Assembly (NCBI GenBank): GCA_946965045.2
Contig: OX337242.1
Location: 1,550,001 to 1,614,000 of the forward strand
DNA length: 64,000 bases
Reading direction: 5' to 3'
Source of the DNA: Epithemia pelagica
Lineage: Eukaryota; Protista; Bacillariophyta
Below are positions 54,571 to 64,000 of this stretch, piece by piece. Numbering within the stretch: the stretch's first letter is position 1; each line of letters begins with the position of its first letter. Both the position numbers and the translations under genes were made by a program. Under the pieces are notes generated by a model. That model saw only the letters and a program-made list of their open reading frames with translations. It had not been told where the DNA came from and searched no databases.

Positions 54571-55025
54571 TCGCTCATTGCCCTGCAGTCGCATTGGAGA
54601 TCATACTTACCCATCTACATTCAGTACAGATTGAGCTACACCAACAACAAGAGTAAGAGGACAAAGCTACCCAACCCAACACCAGGGCCAGCCTGGCTAA
54701 GGCTAGGGTCACCAACCCTCTCCTATTCCAGGACCTCAAGCTGGACCAGAACTCCATGCATACTCACCTGACCAGTACTTTGTGGAGGACTACGAGTAAG
54801 ACGAGGAAGCTACCACTATTCCTGACTCCCCGGTTCAACTCGATCACCGCAACGAGTCCGGAAGTGACCAAGGATAAGTAACTTTAAGTAGTTTCCACAA
54901 CAAACCAGAGACAAAACCGAGTTCCGCACATCCGGGTTCCAAGCACAACACACATCCGGGTACTTACATACGTGGCAAACACGTGGTACATCCGGGTTCA
55001 TATCACACCACACATTAAATAAACA

Positions 55026-57617
55026 ATGAACCAACCATATACTACCATGGATCCAACATACCCCAAGACACCTTCTCTTCCTTCTGACGACTCAGTACCG
55101 CCTGACATATCAGATACACAAGTGTTCAATCATATCACCCAGCGTCTATTTGAATGTGATGAGGAACGAGCTCAAGCCCTTCATCAATGGATAAAACATA
55201 GTGGTTTCGAACACATTCTGAATGTCATCGACTATCTTGCAGTCAATCCAGAAAAGAATATCAAGGACCTTGGACAATACAAGTATGGGAACAAGACGAT
55301 GGACCTGAAGACGTATACAAGGCATCAACTGAAGATCCTAGCATATTGGTCACGAGAACAAACCTCAACCCTGCAGCAGTGTGATATATCCCGTTCAACC
55401 TGGTTGAACCTCACCAAGGCCGATTACGATCATTGGAGAATCAATGCAGACTTCACCAAGCTTTGCCTGAACCAAGGTTGGATTTCGTCATTTCGTTTAG
55501 CAAAAAGAGAGGTGTTACGTCTTAACAACTACATCTCCAATCTTTGTCTCGATGATTCATGGCACGGCACAACCTATCAGTTTCTTCTCCACTTTCAACA
55601 CCAATTCCATCTTCTCGACAATCTGGGATCAATGTTTGATCACATTCCTGGCCACTCCACTAGGATGACCTTCCTGATGAAAGCCGTTGAAAAGGTACCT
55701 GATTTACGACAAGTCAACTTCTTGTCTGGTGCAAAGACACTTTGTTATCAATCATATTTCTGTCTTCTCCTTGATGCCGCATATGATCATGACCAAGCAA
55801 CTCGAGCACCAAAGTCTAACCGACTTAAGCATACCAAGCAATGCGACTTTCAATATGATCAAGATTTTGATATCAAAGATCTATCACCCAAAGAAAAACA
55901 CCGCATGATTAAGAGAACTAACGTGAAGACCAAGAAATCATCTTCGCTTCGTCCAAAGATCAGTCTTCCAAGAGATCTGTGGAGTAAACTCAACGACAAT
56001 AGTCGTCAAGTAATCATCGCCTACAACAAGTCTACCCAGAATCCGTCATCAACAACTGCATGCATGGAACAGACGCATACTCTTGACATTGATCCGGAAC
56101 CTGATCCCGACCCTGGTCGTGCATGGATTGACGACATGATTCAAGATGATTCCCAAGACCATCAAGATAATTTCTCTGATCTGATTACCCGGTGTGTTCC
56201 TCAAGTTGTGACCAATCTTGTTGTCAATCATCCAACATCTAATCTTGCTAATTTGGAATCCAATACCAAGACAACATCCATCCCTAATGATTGTCCCAAG
56301 AACAACAATTGTAAACAGAAAGTTCAGACATCTCGACATCTGCTCTCTCGCATGTCTACTTTCTCCGGCGACAATCACATGACTGGCTTTAATCATTGGC
56401 ATCTTGATCCCATGCAAGATACGGCACCTTCTTTGAGGACTGTTGAAAATGATGGTAATCCAAATGATGCGTTTGGGAAATATACCAATCGTGTTGTCTG
56501 TAACCTCAACCTTCTCTTGGATTTACCTTACGATCATGGACCGGATACACCTTCCTTCTTCACACCCATACTTGGAGAGTACTGTTCCAAATCATACCTC
56601 CAAGATCAGAACATGGCTGAGAACCGTTATCAGACCGTTAAGAGGACAACATACGTCGTGACCATTTCGGGCCATATCCCTCTTGAGATCCTCAATGGTC
56701 GCCCACCCGGCATTACCCACCCTCTTTTCTTCCTTATCTCGGACAAGGCCCCCTACTTTACCGAATCATATGCCCTCTCCCACCGTCCCTACAGTCCCTA
56801 CCCTCCCTCTTTTGTCATGACACTTGGCTACTGGCTTGTTTTTGCCCCTCCTATTGGTGATACTTTGTCTCTGGACACTCAAACCCTTTGTTACTCTGCC
56901 ATTCTTCATGATGCACCCACGCTACCCAGCAACCTTTGTGTGGATACCTCTTCAGGGGAGGAATCGCTTCCAAGTGAACCCAACGGCAAGCAAGCTGACA
57001 TTGTTTTCATTTGTAGCAAAGGTGAAGATCCATCCACGCAAATTCCAACGATCAAACATGACGACACTATTGGACAACCTTTCCTTGTTTATGATCCAGA
57101 GGAAAATGGGGAGCAACGACAACCGTATAATGGGGAGCAACCACAACCGTGTCTTATAAGATGCGTCATTGATTTAGAACAAGATGCTCTCAAGCAAGAA
57201 GACTGTATCAAGTACACTTTCTGCAAATCCATTTCCGAAATTGACAAGATAATATCATACCGTCAACATATGGAATACGTCAAACAAGACAACCAAGCAC
57301 AGGAAACTGAAGATGACGTTTTCCAGTTCAGAGACGTTGTTGCAGATCAAGAACCGTCAAGTATTAGCAACAATCCTGACTACAAAAGAAGTCACTGTAA
57401 TATACTTGTTGATTGGGAGACTGGGGAGATGATCTATGAGCCTCCGTCACTCATGGTAAATGATGCCTATGCCAAGAAACATGATCTATTAAATGAACTT
57501 GGATGGAAACATCTCAAGCGTTTTGTCAAGACCAGTAAATGCCTTGTTCAAGCTGCCAAACAGCAGTCAAGAATCAAGCAAGTCTGTCGTTCCATCAAGT
57601 ACAAGTTTGGTTATTAA
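55026..57617 (+). CDS. E2 863-codon ORF: Gag fused to deleted Pol fragments
   Basis: Gag-like segments (FLLHFQHQF, FLMKAVEKVPDLRQV, LLLDAAYDHD), an integrase remnant (QNMAENRYQTVK) and a chromodomain-like remnant (ILVDWETGE). No intact catalytic motifs seen. Confidence 0.7.
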   Translation: MNQPYTTMDPTYPKTPSLPSDDSVPPDISDTQVFNHITQRLFECDEERAQALHQWIKHSGFEHILNVIDYLAVNPEKNIKDLGQYKYGNKTMDLKTYTRHQLKILAYWSREQTSTLQQCDISRSTWLNLTKADYDHWRINADFTKLCLNQGWISSFRLAKREVLRLNNYISNLCLDDSWHGTTYQFLLHFQHQFHLLDNLGSMFDHIPGHSTRMTFLMKAVEKVPDLRQVNFLSGAKTLCYQSYFCLLLDAAYDHDQATRAPKSNRLKHTKQCDFQYDQDFDIKDLSPKEKHRMIKRTNVKTKKSSSLRPKISLPRDLWSKLNDNSRQVIIAYNKSTQNPSSTTACMEQTHTLDIDPEPDPDPGRAWIDDMIQDDSQDHQDNFSDLITRCVPQVVTNLVVNHPTSNLANLESNTKTTSIPNDCPKNNNCKQKVQTSRHLLSRMSTFSGDNHMTGFNHWHLDPMQDTAPSLRTVENDGNPNDAFGKYTNRVVCNLNLLLDLPYDHGPDTPSFFTPILGEYCSKSYLQDQNMAENRYQTVKRTTYVVTISGHIPLEILNGRPPGITHPLFFLISDKAPYFTESYALSHRPYSPYPPSFVMTLGYWLVFAPPIGDTLSLDTQTLCYSAILHDAPTLPSNLCVDTSSGEESLPSEPNGKQADIVFICSKGEDPSTQIPTIKHDDTIGQPFLVYDPEENGEQRQPYNGEQPQPCLIRCVIDLEQDALKQEDCIKYTFCKSISEIDKIISYRQHMEYVKQDNQAQETEDDVFQFRDVVADQEPSSISNNPDYKRSHCNILVDWETGEMIYEPPSLMVNDAYAKKHDLLNELGWKHLKRFVKTSKCLVQAAKQQSRIKQVCRSIKYKFGY

Positions 57618-57623
57618 GTTTCA

Positions 57624-58199
57624 ATGACAAATGAAGAATTAGTTGTTTTGTTAGACAAGCAACATGGTAAAAGAAAGTGGCACAACACTACTGAAGTTGA
57701 GCTCTTTCAGGCTTCACAGATCCAATCCCTCACAAAAGTCAAGGATTGCGTTCAAGCTCAGTTCAAGAGAAGGGAAATGATAAATGCATCACCAGAAGAG
57801 TATCACAAGAACAAGATTCGAATCCATCTTGTAAAACATGATGATAGTCGCCCAGCACTTCTCATCACAGACGAGGCTTTTACCAAAGAACCGGTTGAGG
57901 CAATCTTTTTGTGTACTACTTCCATTCACAACTTCCATACAACCACCTGTCTTGGGATTCTCAATGATATGGATGTATGGGGAGCAAAAGTTGGAATTGC
58001 ACACGACCCGGAAGCTTTATCTGGAGAGAAGATCTTGATAGTTGCAAGACAAGAACTCAAGGAATCAGGTCACATCTTGATTACGCACAAGGCCTCAAAG
58101 GGATTAAAATCTTCAGGAGCATGTCGGCGTGACTGTTTCTTTGACATCCCAATTGATATGGATTTGTCACCATTAAAGCAGATCCCAATGTTTGGATGA
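57624..58199 (+). pseudogene. E2 reverse-transcriptase remnants
   Basis: Fragments such as KIRIHLVKHD and LNDMDVWGAKVG; no Y(I/V)DD motif. Confidence 0.6.
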
Positions 58200-58712
58200 A
58201 GAAGGCACCTGGGGAGCATAGCTCAAAGGGCATCGACAAGACCTACCAACTCAAGAATGATGACTATGAGAACATCCAGGAGACATTCTCAACAAACATT
58301 GGAAATTCTCGAAAGTATGGACCATGTTCAAGATCATATTCTTCTGGGGAGGAAACGTTCAGAAGCATGACAAGGAAAATAACAATCCTCACTCGACGAA
58401 TTGTGGGGAGTGTTAGGATTCTCACCTTTAACTAGGTGATGGTGGAATCTACAACACATCGACTGATGCTAGTATTTTATGGCATCCGATGACATTTGTG
58501 TAAAAGTGAGAAAAGAATGACGGCATGCTCGCGGACCTATAATTTTGGCCAAGGCATGCTCGCAATGCACGCGCTATCGGCGACCGCTCGACTTGCAACT
58601 CTTCTCTGACCCGTGGAGGATTGTTGTATCGGTTGGTGATCGATTGTCGGCTCAGCGAGCCTTTTACCCAACTACCTATTACCCTTCTGAATTCTCAATG
58701 AGAGTTCTGCCA

Positions 58713-61700
58713 TCCAAAGATGGATCGTCGACGCGTCCTGCACACTCGACACACACAAGTGTCAAGCTGCCCGACGCGGAACCTACGCTGTACTGCCTGT
58801 CAACTAGGGAAGCAACGACGTCGTGGAGCAAACACGCAACACGCTAATACTAAGGAAGGACGTCAAATGGTCACCAAGTCAGAGAATCTAACTCCCGGTG
58901 ACCGAGTGAGTATTGACCAATATCAGTCACCCTTAACTGGTCGCTTGCCTCACACGAAAGGAAAAGAACCGAAGAAAGATCAGTACACGGGCGGGACTCT
59001 ATTTGTGGACCATGCCTCTGGTCTTATGTACTGTGTCCACCAGGTGTCCCTCAACACTGGTGAGACCGTTGAAGCAAAGTTGGAATTCAAACGATATGCC
59101 CTTGACCATGGAGTGACAGTTAAGTCGTACCTAGTGGATAACAAACCCTTTGGGAATGCCAAATTTGTCGAGGCTGTCGATGCAGCCAACCAGACCCTTT
59201 CCTTTTCGGGTGTCGGGGCACATCACCAAAACGGTGTTGCCGAACGTGGCATTCAAACTGTAACGAATTGGGCCCGCACAATGATGCTTCATGCGGTTCT
59301 TCACTGGCCCGAACATGCACACGATTTGAGCCTTTGGCCCTTTGCACTATGACACGCCGTCTGGCTGTGGAACAACCTTCCCAAGCGTGGCACCTTTATT
59401 GCCCCATTGGAATTGTTTAGCGGTACTACCTTCCCTACTTTACATCACCTTCAGCGGAGTCATGTCTGGGGTTGCCCCGTCTATGTGTTAGACCCGTCCC
59501 TTCAAGATGGCAAAACACTTCCTAAGTGGCACCCGCGGTCTCGCCGAGGGCAATACTTGGGAGTTTCCCCCAACCATTCAAGCACCGTGGGCCTTATCCT
59601 CAACCTGACCACGGGATTCGTCAGTCCCCAATTCCATGTGGTCTATGACGACCTCTTCTCTAGTGTCCCTAATGCTGAAACTGGAGGGGCCCTCCAGCCC
59701 GATGTGTTCACCGGTCCTTTTTGGGACAGCCTTCTTTCTACTGGCCTAGAGCGACTCGATGATGGAGATTACGATGGCGAACCGGAACCGCCGCCGCTTC
59801 ATCACGATTGGCTCACGAACGACGAGCTGGATGCGCTGCAACGACAACGCAACGACGCCGAACGTATCAACGGCCTTCCTATACCTCAGCCTATTCTTCC
59901 GCCCCCTCCTTTGGCTCCAGAGGGAGCCGTGGTCCCTTTGGCTCCAGAGGGAGACGCACCGGATGTTGAGGACGCTCCAGGTCCCGATCCCATTTTCGCC
60001 CTTGACGACGACTCTGTTCCTCCCCCTGAGCCTCTATTCCCTCACCAATTTCCCCTAGATGATGTGGCCCCAAACGCTCCACAGGCTCTAGACAACGAGA
60101 TGCCACAGTGGCAGATGGATGGAGTATGGGACGATGGCGGACAGAACACGACAATGGCCTCCGAAGATGAAGTGGTTGTGTTCGACGACGAAGAAAATGA
60201 ACGACAACAGGAGAAGGAGCGAAGAGGACAACACTTTGAGCCGCCAGACGAAATGACTTTTGGTCGTGGCAAGAGAGTTCGCAAGCCTAATCCCAAATAT
60301 GCAAGCTTCTCGCAAGCACGGTGGGCTGCACTCTCTCATTTTTCCCACGAGTCTGAGACGTACGCGCGAACAAAAGTAAAGCGCGACTCCCTCAATGATG
60401 CATTCCTGGCACGACTGGATTGGAGCACGGTCATTCACGAGCTCAAGTCTTCAACCACATCCCTATTGGGACGTCTCATGGCTCTCCACGTGGATGTAAG
60501 GATGGGGACGATGGAAGCTATGCATCCTATGATGCTAGTGACTAAAGCTGATGCAGCCGACAATCCTAGGTGGCACAATGCCATGAATGGACCGGACGCA
60601 GCTGGCTTTATGGAAGCCTGCAAGAAGGAGATTGACACTCTGTCCCGTCTCATGAAGGCCTGGGAAGTCGTTGACCGTCAGGATTGGATGAATGTCATTC
60701 CCTCTACATGGGCGTTTAAACGCAAACGCTATCCGGACGGATCGGTAAAGAAACAAAAAGCACGCTTCTGTGCTCGCGGCGATTTCCAAGTCGAAGGAAT
60801 TGACTTCTTCGAGACGTTTGCCCCTGTGGTTAATTGGACCACCGTTCGTCTCATGCTGATCCTATCGATAGTGTTGAACCTTGCAACGGTCCAAGTGGAC
60901 TACACTGCCGCATTTCTACATGCACCAATTGATCGAGATCCCAACTGGAATTCCATGACTCGACAAGAACGCGAACGAAGCGGCGTCTACGTCGAAATGC
61001 CTCGGGGATTTGGCCAGGACGGTAAAGTTCTCAAACTCATCCGGTCCTTATATGGCCTCAAACAAGCCCCAAGGAACTTCTTTTTACATTTTAAAGGGCA
61101 ATTAGAACGCGTCGGATTTGTTTCCCAAGACGCAGTTGACCCATGTCTCTTTATCTCCGAACGAGTGATCGCGGTGGTCTATGTGGATGATATCCTCTTC
61201 TATAGCCCCAAGCGAGAATATATCAACGAAATCCTGACAAGTTGAAGTCCGACGAACATGCCGAACTAGAAGTCGAAGGAAGTGTGGCAGGGTTCCTAGG
61301 AGTTCATATTGAAAGGGATGACTCAAATGGAACCATCAAGCTTACACAGAAAGGCTTAACCAAGCGAATCTTGGAAGCCCTACAAGTTGGTGACCTTGAG
61401 CGTAGCTGTACACCCGCTCTGTCAAAACCACTTGTGGAAAACAAGAATGGAGCACCACCACAAGGACGCTATAATTTCGCCAGCGTGGTTGGGATGCTAC
61501 AATATTTACATGCCCACAGTCGACCGGACATTACTTATGCCGTCAGTCAGTGTGCCCGTTTTACATTCAGCCCAAAGCGATCCCACGAAGAAGCGCTTGA
61601 GAAAATCGGCCAGTATCTGAAGCATACACAGGACCAAGGCCTAATACTTAAGCCCAGTACCAATTTGGATGTGGACTGTTTCGTGGATGCCGACTTTGCC

Positions 61701-62183
61701 GGACTATGGCCGTACGAAGACAAACTGGACCCAACGTGCGTCAAGAGCCGTACAGGATTTGCGATTTGTATTGCCAGCTGTCCTGTTATCTGGACCAGTA
61801 AGCTACAATCATCGATCGCCTTAAGTACAATGGAGGCCGAATATAATGCCCTCAGTGAAGCCTTGAAGTCAGTTCTTCCCTTACAAGAACTCTTGACTCA
61901 TGTGGCACGAGGAGTCGGTCTACCAGAAGATTACAAAACAACTTTCAAAACCACCGTTTGGGAGGACAATGCAGGAGCCTTGACGCTCGCAAATATGGAA
62001 CCCGGTCGGATCACTCCTAGATCCAAATATTACGCGGTGAAGACTCATTGGTTTCGTTCTCATTTGAGCGAACGACTTAAAATTGTCAAAGTGGATACGA
62101 CCCAACAACGTGCCGATATCCTTACCAAAGGCCTCACCCAAGCGACCTTCGAAATCATTCGAAAACTGCTCTGTGGGTGGTGA
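58713..62183 (+). pseudogene. pol: E3 Pol, 3' part (integrase, RT, RNase H) with two disablements
   Basis: CTACQLGK completes the HHCC finger; GAHHQNGVAER, WGCPVYVLD, YVDD and FVDADFAG motifs. Premature TGA at 59350-52 and a 1-nt frameshift near 61240. Confidence 0.93.
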
Positions 62184-62274
62184 GACGCCATTTCATTCCC
62201 TTTTTCTTTTATTTTCATCACTACATTTACAATCTACTTACATGTTCTCATCCAAATGCTCGTCTGAGAGGGAG

Positions 62275-62431
62275 TGACAAGGGAGAGCGACCTAATGGTG
62301 ACCCCTTAGCCCTACGTCAGACTCGCAATCGTCAGTGCCAAGTCAGTGCCAACGCACACCATATCTTTAGGCCCTACTCCATTTCGTAATACGTTTACTT
62401 AGTCATAATTTTACAAACCATTCCCTTTTCA
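62275..62431 (+). repeat. E3 3' LTR (157 bp)
   Basis: Direct repeat of 50426-50582. Confidence 0.97.
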
Positions 62432-62953
62432 CCTTTGTTGGTGTGAAAGTTAATTTCCTCTCTAACGTTTTCTTTTCCAGGACACGGATGCAAGATCCAC
62501 GATGACGATATCGGAGAAGAGGACGACGGATTTGATGAGGCTCTTGTCCCTGTTGACTACAATACTGCAGGACTGGTCCGCGATGATGACCTATTGGAAA
62601 TTGTCATCAAGCCTTTGCCCGAAGGCTGCAGTTTGGTTTGCCTCTACGACTGCTGCCATTCTGGAACTATCCTTGATCTTCCCTATCTTTTAAGCCCAAC
62701 GGGAAAATGGAAGAAATGGAAATTGATGAGCCATTTGATTTCAAGAAACTTCTCGGTAAATTCGGGCAAGTGTTGGATGGATTTTTTGACTAGTTAGAAC
62801 ATGTTCGCCAACCAACAGAGCCATACTTGATGACCATACAGCACATTGCTCCCATCGAAAGATGATATATTTATAGATTCAATTATAGCAGTACTCTGAC
62901 GCGTTCTTGTCAACATCTAAAACGCCTGCTTCTGATGAGAATGAATGTGTCGG

Positions 62954-63994
62954 CTAAAACGGCGCCCAAGTATCCTTTGGGAACTGTGATTTTTTGGGCT
63001 TTTGCCAACGCTCTGATGGGCTCAACTGCTGGTCAGGCCCATAAATCCGAGATCCGCTGCGGCGTCCACCTCGTCCGTATAGCCACAGCACCAAGTTCGA
63101 CCGCTCGCCGCTTGTAATGGGTAAGGCAGCATATGGAATCGCCCCGAGATGCATTACAGCCACACCAGGAGCAAAATTAACTGTATTCTTCTTGCCTGTC
63201 TCGGGATCCACAAAATACAGTGACGACCCAGAATATTCCTCTTGACCGTTCGGGAGATTTAAGTTGATGTTGAGCGTGAGTGACGATCCATCCGAATGCT
63301 GTCGAATGGATTGGTCCTTGTTGGGTTGATACTGAATAGAGAATCCGAAGGTCTCCGAGTCGTCTTCAGGACGAACAAACTCTGGATAGAACAGTCTTCC
63401 CAAAGGTCGCATGTACGAATCCATCAAGTCATGGTAAAAGTATTGAAATTTTGGCATGGCGAGGTATCCGTTTGATCGTGGGTCGAGCATAAAGCCTTTT
63501 CGGTTGAGAACAATGCCATAGGGAGGTCGAAGGGGAATACCAGATTCGCCTGCCTTGTCCAGGTACTCCCTGATAATATGAAGCTTGGTTGGGTCAAAGA
63601 ACTGGCACTGATAAACACCGGGAGACACTTCTTTCCATAAATCCATGACGGCATCTTCTTTGGAGGGGTCGGCCCACGCGTCTTGAATCGCTTTGCGCAG
63701 AGCAGGATGGTAGACAGAGCTATCGAGAGCCGGAAGAGATTTTGCCGCGTGGTCTCGTTCTTCCCATTCTGCCCAGCCCTTTTCCAACAACACCTCATTG
63801 TCGCCCCAGAATTTGTAGACCTTCATGTCTCTGCGAAGCATCTCTTCGCGAGATGGCATCTCTAGCCTACGCGCCTGTTCCAAAAAGGTGGGTGAGGATG
63901 ATAGTGACATTGCTGTGCGAATGCCAGAAATTGTGGAGAACGACAACACACAGAGTCGTTGAAGTCGAAGCTGCATTTGGGTGGTGCAGAACAA
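62954..63994 (-). CDS. 2OG-Fe(II) oxygenase, PLOD/OGFOD2-like
   Basis: FSIQYQPNKDQSIRQHSDGSSLTLNINL..GSSLYF..PITSGERSNLVLW. Likely ATG at 63976. Confidence 0.85.
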   Translation of the reverse strand: MFCTTQMQLRLQRLCVLSFSTISGIRTAMSLSSSPTFLEQARRLEMPSREEMLRRDMKVYKFWGDNEVLLEKGWAEWEERDHAAKSLPALDSSVYHPALRKAIQDAWADPSKEDAVMDLWKEVSPGVYQCQFFDPTKLHIIREYLDKAGESGIPLRPPYGIVLNRKGFMLDPRSNGYLAMPKFQYFYHDLMDSYMRPLGRLFYPEFVRPEDDSETFGFSIQYQPNKDQSIRQHSDGSSLTLNINLNLPNGQEEYSGSSLYFVDPETGKKNTVNFAPGVAVMHLGAIPYAALPITSGERSNLVLWLYGRGGRRSGSRIYGPDQQLSPSERWQKPKKSQFPKDTWAPF

Positions 63995-64000
63995 TTCGCT

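Larger units (their letters stand above)
53804..58712 (+). mobile_element. E2: nested, internally deleted, non-autonomous CoDi-type LTR retrotransposon
   Basis: LTRs 53804-54556 (753 bp) and 58411-58712 (302 bp) share identical sequence apart from a 451-bp gap. TSD TCCAA (53799-803, 58713-17); PPT TGTGGGGAG before the 3' LTR. Confidence 0.95.
50426..62431 (+). mobile_element. E3: Ty1/copia LTR retrotransposon, disrupted by nested E2
   Basis: 157-bp LTRs (50426-50582, 62275-62431) read as identical. TSD CCTTT (50421-25, 62432-36), PBS GGTTATGAGCCC and PPT GAGAGGGAG (62266-74). Confidence 0.97.
50343..62793 (+). pseudogene. Metacaspase relic (p20 catalytic region) whose intron hosts E3 and E2
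   Basis: Exon ending 50385 reads AQPGDSLFCHYSG. Exon from 62481 reads HGCKIHDDD..DGFDEALVPVD..YDCCHSGTILDLPY. There is a 1-nt frameshift after LDLPYL and no N-terminal region was found. Confidence 0.85.

Noticed and set aside
54928-54997. Three ACATCCGGGT repeats in the E2 leader and CTCGCGGAATCGCCGG repeats in the E1 leader (about 42825-42896)
   Set aside because: Short leader repeats are common in LTR elements, and no specific function can be supported from sequence.
59350-59352. Second in-frame TGA in E3 (LWPFAL*HAVWLWN) as another readthrough site
   Set aside because: It lies inside the integrase core, has no counterpart in E1, and is simply explained by a CGA-to-TGA transition.
61230-61250. 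Frameshift between E3 RT and RNase H as programmed frameshifting
   Set aside because: There is no slippery heptamer, and one missing A restores EILTKLKSD. Decay or a homopolymer sequencing error is more likely.
1-64000. Antisense and alternate-frame ORFs overlapping real genes; CRISPR arrays, rRNA and tRNA genes
   Set aside because: Shadow ORFs are expected at this GC content. No repeat-spacer array, rRNA or complete tRNA cloverleaf was seen; the tRNA-like matches are only PBSs.

Overview
Nuclear DNA of a diatom (stramenopile), judged from gene-dense layout, short 67-119 nt GT-AG introns, diatom-typical gene families and CoDi-type Ty1/copia elements. Bases 1-40 kb hold about 16 host genes: MSH6, a type II LRR membrane protein, an RPA32/Stn1-like protein, a GH130/BMT-like propeller, an inactive-looking group XII PLA2, a CXC(tesmin)-F-box fusion, GnT-I/MGAT1, an ABCG half-transporter, a Nudix protein, a PAP-fibrillin and others, plus two MITEs. 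Bases 40-62.5 kb are a retrotransposon cluster. Element E1 (42310-49720) is intact and splits an RPDDWLG-repeat gene. Element E3 (50426-62431) sits in an intron of a metacaspase relic. Element E2 (53804-58712) is a non-autonomous element nested in the E3 integrase zinc finger. Two signals stand out. (1) The divergent elements E1 and E3 both have gag and pol in the same frame, separated by one TGA followed by TGG and a candidate stem-loop, which suggests programmed UGA readthrough. (2) All three elements have primer-binding sites matching tRNA anticodon arms that end at tRNA position 40, but for three different tRNAs (iMet, Asn-GUU and apparently Ile-GAU), which suggests diversified half-tRNA priming. 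All calls come from manual reading; no database searches or folding programs were run.
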